Of a stretch of 64,000 nucleotides of DNA, positions 37,528 to 52,431 are shown piece after piece. The translations under genes were made by a program, and so were the position numbers. How positions within the stretch are numbered: position 1 is the first letter of the stretch; every line of letters begins with the position of its first letter. The DNA is from Tubulanus polymorphus. Lineage: Eukaryota > Animalia > Nemertea. The stretch lies in the NCBI RefSeq assembly GCF_964204645.1, contig NC_134025.1, positions 30,112,299 through 30,176,298 on the forward strand. Direction: 5' to 3'. Below the pieces are notes generated by a model. The model searched no databases. It saw nothing but the letters and a program-made list of their open reading frames with translations, and was not told the DNA's origin.

Positions 37528-40500
37528 GACAACAAAAACAATCGATAATAAATGATTTTCTTAAACATGCCGAGACCGGATGTAATTTCTTTTTCTCGAA
37601 ACGTTGTTGACAATTTCTAATAGAATCTCGTGAAGAAAGACAGAACGATATTCACCTCATTGGTATCGATGCCGTGGTTTATCGACCACATCGTCTGGAA
37701 GAACTCCTGCATTCTTTGCTTTAATGGCTTCGGAATGTGATGCGTCCGCGTAAAATCCTTGAGATCACGGGTTTTCGATTGATATGTCGCACGTCTTGCA
37801 TACATTCGCTGTATTATCGCGGTCACATTACCGAACACAACAGCATGCATAAGAGCTATAAAACAACCAGTTCTCGTTAACCACGTATAATAAACAGTCG
37901 CACAAATTACATCTGTTCTATTCCTCTAAACGCGTTATTTACTGAATAATACTCAGACGTTTAGGCCGAATTAAATGACGGAATCAGGATATCACAAACA
38001 TCATCACATCGATTTACAGCACTCTTCTAGATTCACACGGAGATAATTTGGGTCAGGATGAAATGACCCGGACCAGACCCCGGCCATATTTGGCTGGAGC
38101 GCATTCAATCGTTATCAAAATGCCATCAAAATGATGCTGTGGCAAGTGAGGTAATTGATTCCAGATCCAGTTGACATTCACACAAAATAATTTGACCGCA
38201 CTTCAATTTGGCATGGGCCCGATGATATTGCTCGGGCCCATCTGGCATCAGCGCGACTGGTTGGCCCCGGATTAAAGAGCTTGTGCGATTGTGGCCTATA
38301 TTTTGGGTTCTACTTCTGACCAATGAAGAAACTGGTCAAAGCCTTATTAATGTAAACGAGATTTGAGGTGAAATCTTACAACTAGACCTAGCTCCACAGT
38401 CATCGGATTCAACTCATACTTAAACTTGGTTCATCTCCAATGATTCAAGTCACATTTTAAATCAAAACTGATTCAAGTCATATTTTGAATGAATACTGTG
38501 GAACTGCAGCCATTGTAAGGAACATAGAGCAGTCTTATGAATTAAGATCATTTGGGGATTTGGCTTCATAAACCGATTCTCAATATTTCATGATTTACCT
38601 CCGACTAACATTGCACAGACGGAGAAGATCTTCTCGACGTTGGTGTTCGCGGAAACATTACCGAAGCCGACACTGGTTAAACTACTGCATGTAAAATACA
38701 GCGCTGTGAGGTAGCAGCTTTCTATTGAAGGATGATGTGTTTTATTCATATGTATGTGCAGTTTCTCGGCAAGGTCATAGAGCCAGCCTTAAATTATATA
38801 ATATATATATATATATATATATACAAAATCAATTATCATGAAATATCAATATTCATTTAATGACAGTGGATTATTTGTAGCTGCGAATTGTCAGGGTACA
38901 ATTTCGCGATACCAGAATTATTCTTAGTTACTATAGTGACAAACCATCTCAGCTCCGTGAATTCAACTGTGATCTTATCATCAAATAATTGTTTTAACAA
39001 AATGCTTTGATTTTGTGGAATGATAATTTCAGAGACAAATATAGAATCGGGTTTCAAATTGATGCGAATAACATTAGTAGAATCAGTGAATTATCATTCA
39101 CCCAGAAATCAGGTGTCATTTTCTTGAGTATGAAATACTGATGCTTTGGTGGTTAATATCAATAACTAGTGATTAAACAGAAGACAGAATGAATTACATA
39201 CAAATTGTCAATTTGTGTCACTTCTAAACTTTGAAAATTGTATAGAACTGTAAATAATATTCAGCATCTGCCGCATCGTTATCTACAAACGTTTCCAGAA
39301 AGTTTATATATTTATGATATTAATGATTTTGAATACAAAGAGGAGGATTTGTGGTGAGAATCCCGCGTCAAGGTCAATAATATTAGTACAATGAACAGAA
39401 AATTGCCTGTCATCAAATTATATCCGAATAACAAGAATTTATCACCCAATTCATTATAACTAGGACCGCGCTTCTAATGATACCGGCAATGATGGTGCTC
39501 ATGAATCAAAATGATAAATTGAACAAGTTTTCAGCATGATTAAGCCCAGTGCCTCCTGCGAGATTAGAACCAACGGATCAAAATGACCAACACGACCGAT
39601 TTATCCGTAATAACTCGGTTCCTGTGATAATACAAGTTGTTTATCGTCGATCATAGGTGTATTTATCACATTATAAACATCATACAATCATGTTTTTCGA
39701 CGCTTTTCTGATATAAACCTGCTTCCAATTACACGGGTTAAGATTTGATTGCTCGGGTTGAAACAGATTTGGAAATGAACTGATTTTAACTCAGGAGTCA
39801 AACTCAACTGAGATTGGAACCAACCCATAACTGAGATTTACTTAATCATAGCATGTTTACACAATCACTGGTTAGGCTATTTCCAATTTATCCAGTACTG
39901 GGAACCATGGACATAGTTTCAACGTCCATGCTGAACCGGACAAAATCGATGCTGAGCATTCACTGTTTTCACACATTACACTATTATTGTAGCTTTGAAA
40001 TATGAGAGAAACCTGATGCGCTTGATTGGAAAATAAGACCAGGATATATCAATAAGTAGTTTGAATACAAGCAACTTTTTGAGATATGTTAAAATATCTT
40101 CAAGTCGCTGCGACTCACCTGCCTGCCAAGATTCTGTATTTTTATTCAACTCTTCCAGTCCAATGACGTACCACAAACAAGCAAGCCAATGGGCAATCAA
40201 TGCAAATGTTGACATGAGTAAAGCTAATACGACGGCGCTGTACTGCGAATATCTCTCTATCTTCTGGAGTAATCGAGCTAATCTTAATAATCTAGCTAAC
40301 TTCAAAAGATGGATTTTCTTCGCAGGTCCCTGAAAGCGTACAAGAAATATTATTATTTGCTTTCGATTGAAAACGCGGATCAAATCGGATAGAATTGAAT
40401 TGATGGCAGCAGATGAAATGCGAAGATATTTGATCGGTGAGATCAGCACCTCGGTTCTACAGTTCTCCCTTAAGATTCAATTCACGCGCTCTTTTAATTT

Positions 40501-43500
40501 CAGAGTCAAACTGTTGAACTGGATCCTGAACACCAAGATAAAATTAAGCTAATTAGGGATGATTCGTATAAGTTGAAAGAAATTGTTATTCTGCAAGCAA
40601 ATTTCAACGACAAAATTGTAAATGAGAATTAATTTTTCAAATTTTCTAAATTTTATAACGATATGAAAGAAATATTTTAAACATATCAAAATGTATAATT
40701 CAAAACAAAATTCAATCAATGAAAATTTTGAAAAAGGGGCCCAATGAGTAATAAAAATAAATCCTGGGCTGTTGCAAATGGATTGATATGAGAATATATG
40801 TGAATATATCAAAGGTTCTTATTCCTTCTATTTAGAAACATCAATGATTGGATAAACCATGAAAACCACTTCACCAAACACTGAATTTTGAAAGATATAC
40901 TATTATTCAAATTAGATAATGATTTCTCTTATCTAATTTACACAATGCCATATTTGGATGCAGCAACGTATCGTACAGATACATTATGTAACTATATATT
41001 GATATTATAATGATTGACCAACACATACACCTTAGGTTGACATGGTTGACTAAACCATAGTTGTGATTGGTCAGAGCCGTCAGCTAGCTTCACATGCCAC
41101 GTCTAGGGTTACCATGGGAGACTAACCCTATATTTTGATTGGTTTAGAGCTGGTCACATGGTGTAAACAATCAGACCAAACCTAGGGTTACTGTGTTTAT
41201 TAACCAGACAAAAGCTAGGGTAACCACATTTACAGGCCAGACTAAAGGTTGTCCAGGATGCGTAACTGAACTTGTGATTGGTTAAGAGCTGGTCACCATG
41301 TATCGGAACATATGAATGATGGAATAACCTGAGATCCCAAACCAGAGAGGTTTAAACTATACCCAAACAGCACCCAGCTTCTCAAAAGTGTTGAATATAA
41401 TTGAAATCAACATCTCTCAATAGTTCACTTCATTACCTTAAGAAGTTTGAATCTTTTGAGAAGCTGGTTCGGAAACAATGAGTCTTTAACGCTATATATG
41501 CCCACCGATAGCCTTTTAGATAAATGAAGTTTTGTTTGACTCAAACTGATGAAACTAGAGTTGCATTTGAATGAAGTAAACCAGAGAAAAATTGAACCAG
41601 AAATCAGAGAAAGCCTTCTTAAACATACTTCATGCCATTGAAGAGGTTTAAACCGTAAAATATTTGCGGCCGATGATAATTAATAAAATATTTCATAGAA
41701 AACGCATTCGAAAATAACATCCACAAACAAGAAAAAACTGCAGTAATAGATATTATTACTAGGATAAGATTCAACAAGAGCCTGAAGGCTGTAAAATATA
41801 TAAAACAGTCACCTGGTCCTGTAAATCAGAAAAAAAAAGATAATCAAAATTCAGTGAATATAATAAGATTTCTTTCAACAATTTCATGCTTGTATAAATC
41901 TCATCAAAGAATTGTTTTAAATTTCTATCTCAGGGGAAGGTGTTAGATATAGAAAAATACGGCATTTTTGCATGTTTGATTGAATTACATGTTTATATGA
42001 AACGTGATAGGGTTGTACACCTGTGCAAGATTCAAATATCGAAAGATATTCAATACGCTTGAAGCTCCTTTGAACTAGAAATATACTGCTAAAGAAGCAG
42101 CCCATAAGAGAATGAAACTGTCTTATTAATCTATGTATACAATGTTGTATTCTATTACTACTTATAGCTTAGGAAATTGATAGCTGTTACACGTATAAAG
42201 TTAGCGTGAAAGCAAAACGTATCACAGAAAAATTGTTCCATTCTGCTATTAATATATCACTAATATTAGCAACTATTAAATTAGTTGTTATATATACATT
42301 AGTTCCGTATAACCTTGATAATTCATTCTCTCCCTCTTTCTCTCTCTCTCTAGCTTTCTTTCTCATGCCATACTGATCTCTCCCGCTTCACTCTTCTCTC
42401 TTCCTCCTCTTTCTCTCACGCCACATTTTATATTGTATTATGTCTGTGTCGAGGTAAATGAAGTTATTTTTCTATCATATTTCAGAAGATTAAGTCACCG
42501 TAGTTATGTGCGAATGTTTTGTTTAGTATTCATGCTCGATGCTAAACGGCACTCATTTCATTTCCAATAACAAGCCTGAACTACCGTCTACTTACCATAT
42601 CACCGATTTGGAATGCATATAAGAGATCAAAGGGTACAGCTGCCAGTAGATCTAGAAGGAACCAGCCTTTTATATAGTTAATCGCTATCATTTTAGCGTC
42701 GTAAACTACTTGACCACTTTTACTCACATAGGTAGTTCTAAAGTTAAACACGATATCTAAAACAAAAGAAAAAATGAATATACAATTACTAATACGTTTA
42801 TCGCAGGCCTGGTATGCAGAATTGCTTTAAAGCACGCACGCAAAATGGGTTTGAATACTTTGATTTTAATCCTTTGATGCATTGAGTAAGTAGAAGGGAT
42901 ATCAAACTGCAAGGGTAGTCAACCAAGCTCTTAAGGAGCATATCATTAATGAGATATGATGGTCAACATAGTAGAATGCTTGATAATCCTTCAACAAGAG
43001 AATTTAAGGGGTAAATTTTTCGAATCAGTTATTCATCCTAAGCCCTGCGTACGGATTCGTGTAATTATCTTAAAAGAACATTCTCGTGGCTTAGTTTCTG
43101 TATAGGGAAACTTGAGTAGAATATTGTGAATATTTCATAGGTTAGAAAATCCACATCATTCCCTTCGGTGATTTTAGACAGCATTGCTCATAAGTAGCAC
43201 TATGTCAGAAGTACTCCGATCAAGTTAGAAACAGTCGTCTTATTTCAGCTGAACCCAGAATCCGACACGTCTATTCATTCACATTTAAATAACATATCAA
43301 ATGTCAAGTATCATGAACTGGAATAAGCGTTACACTTGACCAAGATTTCTCCGCATAGCGGGGAATGAAGCAAAAAAATATCGCTTACCAATAATGAACA
43401 AGACCTCAACAGTGATATCAGGCACGAGCAGTTCCTTTTTGTCGTTTTGCAGGAAGGCCGCGTTATACGGTACAACAACGGCGATGTAAAATGTACACAA

Positions 43501-46500
43501 CAGAATCAACCAATCCCAACCGATTTTAAATATCCCGTAATGTAACAAAATAAACTTGGACTTCTGGTTACGCGCGTCTTGTACTTTATATTCCGGTAAG
43601 GCATTTTTCCCTGATAGATTCTGGATCTGTAAAACAGTATAAAATACACAGAGATTTATTAAAGCGATCAGATTTTGACGATGAATTTTTAAAAGAATCC
43701 TCCTCAACATTCCGAGCACGTCTCTCATCAGGAACCTCGCGGATGAACAACCATTTCAAATGAGTTTCCCTCACAAAGATTTCAATGGATATCAGATTTT
43801 TGCTAATCGTCTCGATGCCCAGGGATGAGAACAACCTTTTTCAAATGAGTTTTCATCGCAAAGATTTCAATAGATATCGGATTGTTTTTACCTAAGTCGT
43901 CATTTCTGTTTTATGTGCTGCGTTATTGATTCGTAACATATTTACGACGTGAAACCGCATGAAAAATCTGTGACGTCATTTAAAAAACTTATCAAATTAC
44001 AGTTTTATTTATGCCTTAAGAAATATTATCATACATAGAAAGATAACATTGCGCAGTAGATATCTATTGGATTCATGTTTTCAGTTGGAGGCCAGGACCC
44101 AGTTCCACAGTTGTGAGTTAAGATTTGACTCCGAGTTAACTCATTGAAAATGAACTAATTTCAACTCAGAGTTAACTCTAACTCACAACTGTCGAACTGG
44201 ATCCTGACTGTTAATCATTACATACTGTGAGTTTAGGGCTGAATCCAGCCTCAGTTCCTAAATACTACTCAGTGCAGTATACATCACCATAGGAGGTGTG
44301 CGGGAGGGGGGGTCCTCACTCAAGAAAATTTAGGAATTTCACCACCTCTAGATGCAACTGAGAGACTTGATATTTAATTTTCTACATTTTCCAAATAAGG
44401 TTATTCTATGATATATGCTGGTATTTGAGCTTCTGTTATCCATGAGTAACAGAGGTAGGATCTATCCAACCCTTCAGTTTCATCACAATGCTTTCACTAG
44501 AAATATGTAGATTGTCACTTGCAAATGATGCTAAATATACATGTGTCAGAAAATTGCATTCTGGCTTCAATCTAGTTCGTGGATAACTAGATCTCTGTCA
44601 ATTTCCGCACGTAAAATTTGTTTTCATGTTGATCAAACATTCAACAAGATAAATTTACTGTAAAACAATACAAATATAGCAACGACGAAAAGCATTTTAA
44701 AATGATTACGTCAATAGCTGATGGCAGTCAACTGTCTCAGATTCACCAATTACAGTTTGCGAGGTTTGAAATTCAAATAACCGACGAAAGAGCCAACGGA
44801 TATATTCAAGATCTGAAAGGCATGATTTCTCAAGGACATTGAGAACACGCGAGGGATAAATGAGTTACATTACTGTCTTCACATTTTAGAGAATGATCTT
44901 TTTAGAGGAAGATTTAACGTTTAGAGTAACTCATATTTCATCAAACCGCATCTTTTCATTGCCAGTTTTGAGTATCGTCAGAAAGGTCACATGGCAAACA
45001 ATGGTGGAGGAGGACATGTCACCAACGCAATTCATAATATTGGTTTTGTGATTAAAATCATGATGATTCATCAGTTAGGTCCCGAGTGACTGTAATGAGT
45101 GGGTGCATCAATCGGTCATAGTTCATCTCTAATATTCATCAACTATTATTAGCAGTAATCACTACAGCACTATAGCGCATAGATCGACTATATAACTGTA
45201 ACACGTTAACTACTACCTAAAAATAGTGAAAACATGTTTAAAAAAGAGTTAATGACATAATAAATAATGGATGGTTTTGCAATCTCAAGGTCATCAGTGT
45301 CAATTCATCACATACACATGAAAACATCACAAAATCACAATACGTTGCTTATGACAACTGTTTCATTTACGATGACTTCAACAATTATGAATAATCTTGA
45401 TCAGCTTTATGAAACTGGACCAATGTGGTCAGAACAGATTATCATATCATGTATCTTCCATCTGTGGCTTCAATTTATTTCAAAAGCTGCGTTCAGGTTT
45501 AGTTTTTCAATCAGCTGCTCTTACTGGTCGAGCTAGACTCAATACTATATGAGAAAGGCTTTCACGGCTTTCACTCGCACAGAGAGAAATTATCCATTTA
45601 AAAAGTTAGAATTATCCTGGATTAGTCTTTTTAGTCAGGCTCAACTTGTTCATTCTAAAATGGAACAGACCAATGGCTTTTTGATCACTCGGTCTGTTCT
45701 AAATTGGAACGGACAAAGTCTAGAACATTCTAAACACGGCTGAAGATATATCTGATGAAGACGTGAAGAATGAATGGTGATTTTTTAAAGAATGCAGAGA
45801 ACATTGAACACATCCGAGTATCGAGCGCTGCTACATACGCCAAACTCATCAGCATTTAAATCACAGCCAATCTATTCTGACTCGATACTAAGAAAGTCTA
45901 GTATCTGTCGGATTATACCGGATGCTATATTACAGTTTGCGCATTAAAAGCGGATTTATTTCCAAGGCCGGAATTTATTGGAAAATGAATAATACATTGT
46001 GAGAAAAAGTTTAAAGTTTTCAGCGAGTGGCGTTGAAGCGATCGCTGCTCGGCTCCGTGCGTTGAGGCTGTCGCCGCTCAGCTCCGTGCTGACAGGTAGA
46101 AAATACTGAGCATAAAATATCGACATAAGAGGATTGTTAAAACTCCATCGTAGTTAGGTAAAATTCAAACATCGTCGACTTCTGATATTAATCGCTTTAA
46201 GCTTTGAAGATAATTTCAATAATAAACGCTTCCAAGAATTCAGTAAAAACAGGAGATTTAATGACGGAGGTCTGTGTCATTAGTTTAGTCAGTCAGGTGC
46301 CTTAACTTACAGTTAAGGTACAGTTTGAGATCAGTCTAAGCTCATTTTGGTTCTACAACTGATCTAACAATCTAAGACCAGTTTCGGCTCATTTTGGTTC
46401 TACAACGACGTAAGACTAATCTTAACATTCAAGAGCACTTTCAAACTGAGCCATGATTGCAACTCAACATTTGGCTCTTCACATTATTTTGAACTGCGAT

Positions 46501-49500
46501 GTTTAACATCATGAAACTGCGTACAGAATTCTATTGCACTACAGTTACTGTAAAGGGCTTAGTTTGAGTTTAGATTAAAGCGTTGTTTTTACATGATTAG
46601 TATTGATTTCTATTAACACAGAACAGTGGTTCCGATCTAACCTGGCCCCGGCGCCGATGGCGTTTAAAACGCTCTCACACATTAAAGACTCTCAATTTAT
46701 TCTATGCACGACATCTCGAATTGGTGAGATCAGAATCAACTCAACCGTTATCAGTTTCTACGGCGTTCTATCAACAGATTGAGAGAGGTTTAAAAAATTC
46801 AATCTAAATTTCGTACATGTTTTTGTTCGTTCTATTTATGTCGGTTCTGTAGATTACACACGCTGAAATGAATCCTTTGAACTTCAGTCTAACAAATATA
46901 TTCTACAGACTAGTTAGACGTATATTAAATTAGATTAACTAAAAACAAAAAACTTAAGCAAGTAGCAATGACATACAAAAAACTTAAGCAAGTAGCAATG
47001 ACATCTATTGATATTTGTCTCAAGCTTAAGTTTGTGAATTTCGAAGCCCAGTTTCCCAAAATAAAGTTATGTTTACTTCACAACAATTCAATATGTGATT
47101 ACATGATTAAAACTATGGCAGACCTGCCTGAAACCTGTCAGTATCAGAACCTGCCTAAAACCTGTCAGTATCAGAACCTGCCTGAAACAAGTCAGTATCA
47201 GAACCTGCCTGAAACCTGTCAGTATCAGAACCTGCCTGAAACCTGTCAGTATCAGAACCTGCCTGAAACCTGTCAGTATCTGAACCTGCCTGAAACCTGT
47301 CAGTATCTGAACCTGCCTGAAACCTGTCAGTATCGGAATCAGGGAAAATTATATACATTTTCAGATATTTTTGCGAGTAGTCAAACTTTTAAAGAAACTA
47401 GTTTCAAATATGTAGTCGTAGTCAAAGATATCCATTCATTTTCAATGACATTAGAAATGGCAGAATCATTTTCAGGACTTCTACACAGCATCAACGCCGT
47501 TTTATAATTTACCTTATTCAACTGCAGTTTACTCTTAGATTTGCTGTCGAATTGTCCAGATAAATGATAAAGAACAGCCCGGCTTCGTCTTCTGCCGGAA
47601 TGATATTTGAAATCGCCGTTTGGAGTCGACAGATCTTTATATTCCTCACCATCCGAGTCATATTTAATATCAGCTGCAAAATATCGACAATATTTCAGTA
47701 TCATAATCACAACTAAAATCAGAGACATCCATGAAAAATCTTCTTCATTTCTCATCATGTATTTAATATTTCTCGGTACAAATATATCATTAAAACTGAT
47801 ACAAAAATACTAGAGTTCTATATGAAGGGGTATATGTTAACCATATATGAAAAACGATTGTTCTCATTGTTCTTTTATGGATGTTTAACAATATGAATTT
47901 TGTACCGAGATTAAGTTGAGACATATCTATGACTAGTTTTACATGTATTTTATATGCCTTTGAGTGCATCACTTCATTCAAGGATTCAAGTGTAAATGTA
48001 TTGGGAAAATTCTACTTATAGATGGATGATTCATACACTTTAGTTAGTAACTCAATCATTGGAGTTAACTTTTTATAATAAGATAGGATTCAAACCGACG
48101 AACTATGCAAGCCGTTGTGTTAGAAAAAACCAAACTAAAAATGCGGTGAGTTACTCAGTTTCAATATCTAATTCTATTCAAAGATCGATTAACCATTACT
48201 GGCTGTAATTTTTGAAAAAGTTAAACCAAAATCCTGGTTTACTTGAACCGCATTTAGAACTTAAGTCTAAATCTATAATAGGGAAAAATTATCTTTTTCT
48301 GAAGGTATTAGTGAAGTGATAGTTATCAGCGTGGTAAAACGTGTATACGCAGTTTGTATGCAACACGGCCCCTACAACTCATAACTCAATTCACGATATA
48401 CAACGAAATATCAGCGAAATAAATCTCTTTTTCTAATCGATCTGATCAGCGGGAATAACTTACACGAACTTGCCAGGGTCGTTTCAGAAAAATCAACGCG
48501 ATGAGGCATTAATTCCGAAGGGTCTTGCGTGATATCCTTATGCGATGCAAGAAACAGTACGACTTGTCCCTTTTCATTTTTTATCGGGACAATATCCAGT
48601 AGACAGATGAACGGATTGCCTGTAAGATAAAACAACAACAATGAGGTCAATATAGAATCAGTGGTCGCAGCACGATAGTGAGTCAGTTGTATATAGCACC
48701 ATCAAATTTTATTCATTGACACGATAAAAAACAACCATGCAGCCATTAACCTGTCTAAATCGATCAATGTATGACCAACACTAGAATTTGACGGCGATCT
48801 ATTGATCCAATCTTCTCTATCGCCCGTAAGACTATTTTTTCTCTCGTCGGGAGAATATTGCGTTGTGGAAACTCGATGAAAATCACAAAGCTTACGAGAG
48901 ATCGGTGTTAGAAAAATATACGCAAAACAGCTACGAAAATAGTTCATGTTTACAAGGAAAGCATCGAATCTCTTTGTTGTTTGATGAATTTCTCGTTTTT
49001 TGGTTTTTCTATTCGATATAATCTGATAAATGATGTATTCTGATTAACGAAGCTATTAACAACGCAGTCTCACAGATTAATCCTCCAGAACAACATCCTG
49101 AATAGTGATATTAGACAATTCGTGCCCAAATAAATTGCCTAAGTTACGTACACTCTTCTTGTTGATATTATCTTCGGTCATTTGTATAGAATATTAAAAA
49201 GTCGCGTTCACAACTAGTTAAATTGGTCTGTTCCATTTCAGAACAGACCATGACGGATCAAGGACCATTTCTCTGTGTATGATTAGAAACATTTCTTCAG
49301 TTGCCAGTCAATCACAGTGTTGAGTCTAGCTGGACCAGTGATAATGGCTGATTTAACGCACAGCTTTGATTTGGTCCATTCTGAATTGGTCAATTTCTAG
49401 TGCAGGTATAAATTAGAATGGACTGTTTATGCGGTGGTGAACGCGGCTGATCATTACAGCCATTTTAAAGTCCTCTCTTATCGGTGCTCTTTCGCTGAGC

Positions 49501-52393
49501 AGATTTATTTTGCCCAGGAATCTCTGTATGTTCAGCCCGTATCTAATGATTATTTGTTCACAAATGAGGCAGTCTAGTAATCACGTAGTTCTAATGACTG
49601 TCATCTCGCCGGGTATAAATAGCGGAGAACATTTTTATAAGGTGAGTGCGTGATTAATGAAGAATGAAAATTTGTGAAGCTTCTGTCATGTCGACGCACG
49701 GTAAACGAATGTTTATAAGGGAACATACCGTTAAACTTTTTTATAGAATGGATTTCCGATAAAACAGATCCGAGATTGTTGCAAGCGCAGAAGCATGAAC
49801 TAGAACATTTTATCACATAAAATATTCACTTCTTTTACACATCTTTTTGTGCCACATCTTTGTGCGAGCGCAAAACTAAAGAATGTTCTACGTCTGAAAT
49901 TGCATGTCTGAGATTCTTCATTTCGTGCACAAAATAAAACAACGTTCAATGTCTGAAATTGAAAGCATTGAATTGAATGTCTTATATTGAATATGCATGA
50001 AACGTATGTAAGATTCTCCGAGTCGATGCTTCTATACATGAAAAAAAAAACAAAACACAACACAACACTCGCTCGGCGAAAGAGACCCTCACGATGCGAA
50101 AAGTGGCTGCAAATATCGATGAAACCAAACATATACCCCACGAAATATAGCGGAATCGAGTGTTTTTATCGGTAAGAGCAGCCTGTAATTTGCCTCAACA
50201 ACAGACACAGGCAAACCATGTCCTCTCTATCATCAATATACCGATATGTTCTCGCCAGATAAGATGCAAACCGAACTACAAACTATTTGTGCGCGTTTCT
50301 GTATGTATTAGAACAGGACAACGAAATCATCGTACGATTCATCATCATTACTCAGATCATTTACTTTTTCATAATTTACAGCTTCGGTTTCATGGCTCGA
50401 CATATGTTCATCCACAACACGCAGACTCAATGTAGAGCAATCATTTATAAATTATCAAACCACTAATGATCCATCTATTGTTTTTACGAATAGTGAACAG
50501 CGTAGCTTTTCCATTTCTGGAAGCATCAAAACATTTCTAGATGATTTACCCGATAGTTCAAGTATCACAAGGACAACATGACTAACTCAGAGGATGTCAC
50601 ACCCTTAACTACAGTTTAACATGTCTACTACTTATCTTAAGCGCACTATCACACGGAGATGATTTGGCTCGGGCCAAATTGGTACAGATCAGGCCCAAGT
50701 CAAATTTGGCTTGTGCTTAATCAGAGAGCGCATTCACACGTAAACCACTCATTCGATAGTAATAGATGCTTAAACAGTGAAGTGAGTCACTTCCGGAAAC
50801 CACGCAATATTTTGACTCTCTTTTTTTAAATTTGGCTCGGGCCTTTTGGTCAGGTCAAACAGGCATCAGTATGAACGGTTGTTCCGGGCATAATTTGGTA
50901 CGGGCCAAAAATGTTCGCGTGATCGCGGCTTAATACACCAGCATCACCACTAACGAGGTCAAACAAAATACCACGTTTAATTAATCGGCCCGTATGGATT
51001 ACACTTATTTTATCTACGATATTTGTTTTGAGCGACGACGATTCGAGAGAAGATTGATGAATATGAATTGGAACGATGAATTGACATTCAATCGATAACT
51101 AGCAAAGGAAGAAAGATGGTGAAAATTGATGTCAGTCAGTAATCAATGATCAATGCTTCGTTACTGATGCCTGAAATGCAGTCATTACCGAGCGGTTTTA
51201 ATTAAAATAAAGCTGGTTCAGCTGATCTTCAACTAATCGTCAACTCCCTGACCCTTTCCTGTCAGTCATAAGATGATAGTATTGAAAACTCGGTTGCCTT
51301 AAGATCATATACGGGAAATCTTAAAATGTAACAAAAGTTTAGGCTGAAATTAGATCGTCTCTAAGTAAGTTACGTGGACACAGTGTGATAAGTCATCACA
51401 TTACCGCTGAAGTCTTGCTTATCTTAATCTCAATTTGTTTTTCCAATTCAATTTACTAAGTGTTATTCATTGATGATCGTCCCAACTACGTTGAGTTTCA
51501 GTGTGTCGTATCTAACAGTGTCAGGTATATTATCAAAGAGAAACTGTGAATCAACAACTCACATTTTCAGCTGACATTTTATGTCCGCTTTTATCTAATT
51601 GTCAATGTGAGTCATCGGTACATGCGACTTGAAATGAGCCGCTCGTCAGTACACATGAGTTGAAATGAGCTGCTCGTCAGTACAAATGAGTTGAAATGAG
51701 CTGCTCGTCAGTACACATGAGTTGAAATGAGCTGCTCGTCGGTACACATGAGTTGAAATGAGCTGCTCGTCAGTACAAATGAGTTGAAATGAGCTGCTTG
51801 TCAGTACAAATGAGTTGAAATGAGCTGCTCGTCAGTACACATGAGTTGAAATGAGCTGCTCGTCAGTACACATGAGTTGAAATGAGCTGCTCGTCGGTAC
51901 ACATGAGTTGAAATGAGCCGCTCGTCGGTACACATGAGTTGAAATGAGCTGCTCGTCGGTACACATGAGTTGAAATGAGCTGCTCGTCAGTACAAATGAG
52001 TTGAAATGAGCCGCTCGTCAGTACACATGAGTTGAAATGAGCCGCTCGTCAGTACACGTGAGTTGAAATGAGCTGCTCGTCAGTACAAATGAGTTGAAAT
52101 GAGCCGCTTGTCAGTACAAATGAGTTGAAATGAGCCGCTCGTCAGTACACATGAGTTGAAATGAGCCGCTCGTCAGTACACGTGAGTTGAAATGAGCTGC
52201 TCGTCAGTACACATGAGTTGAATTGAGCTGCTCGTCAGTACACATGAGTTGAAATGAACCGCAGTCTCTGATAGTTGAACTTGTGGACAGTATGAATAAA
52301 TGATAAAAACTCATCAAGTAACTGAACCTGAAGAAGATTGCTTTCATCGAGAGAGGGAGAGAGGGGGAGAAGGGGGAGGGAGAGAGGGAGAGA

Positions 52394-52431
<38 letters not shown>

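Noticed and set aside
46968-47507. 179-aa ORF with LPETCQYQN repeats
   Set aside because: Arises from the 27-bp minisatellite, antisense to the channel intron.
51627-52258. 31-bp repeats containing GTTGAAA, reminiscent of CRISPR repeat ends
   Set aside because: Units are head-to-tail with no unique spacers, there are no cas genes, and the context is a eukaryotic intron. It is a minisatellite.
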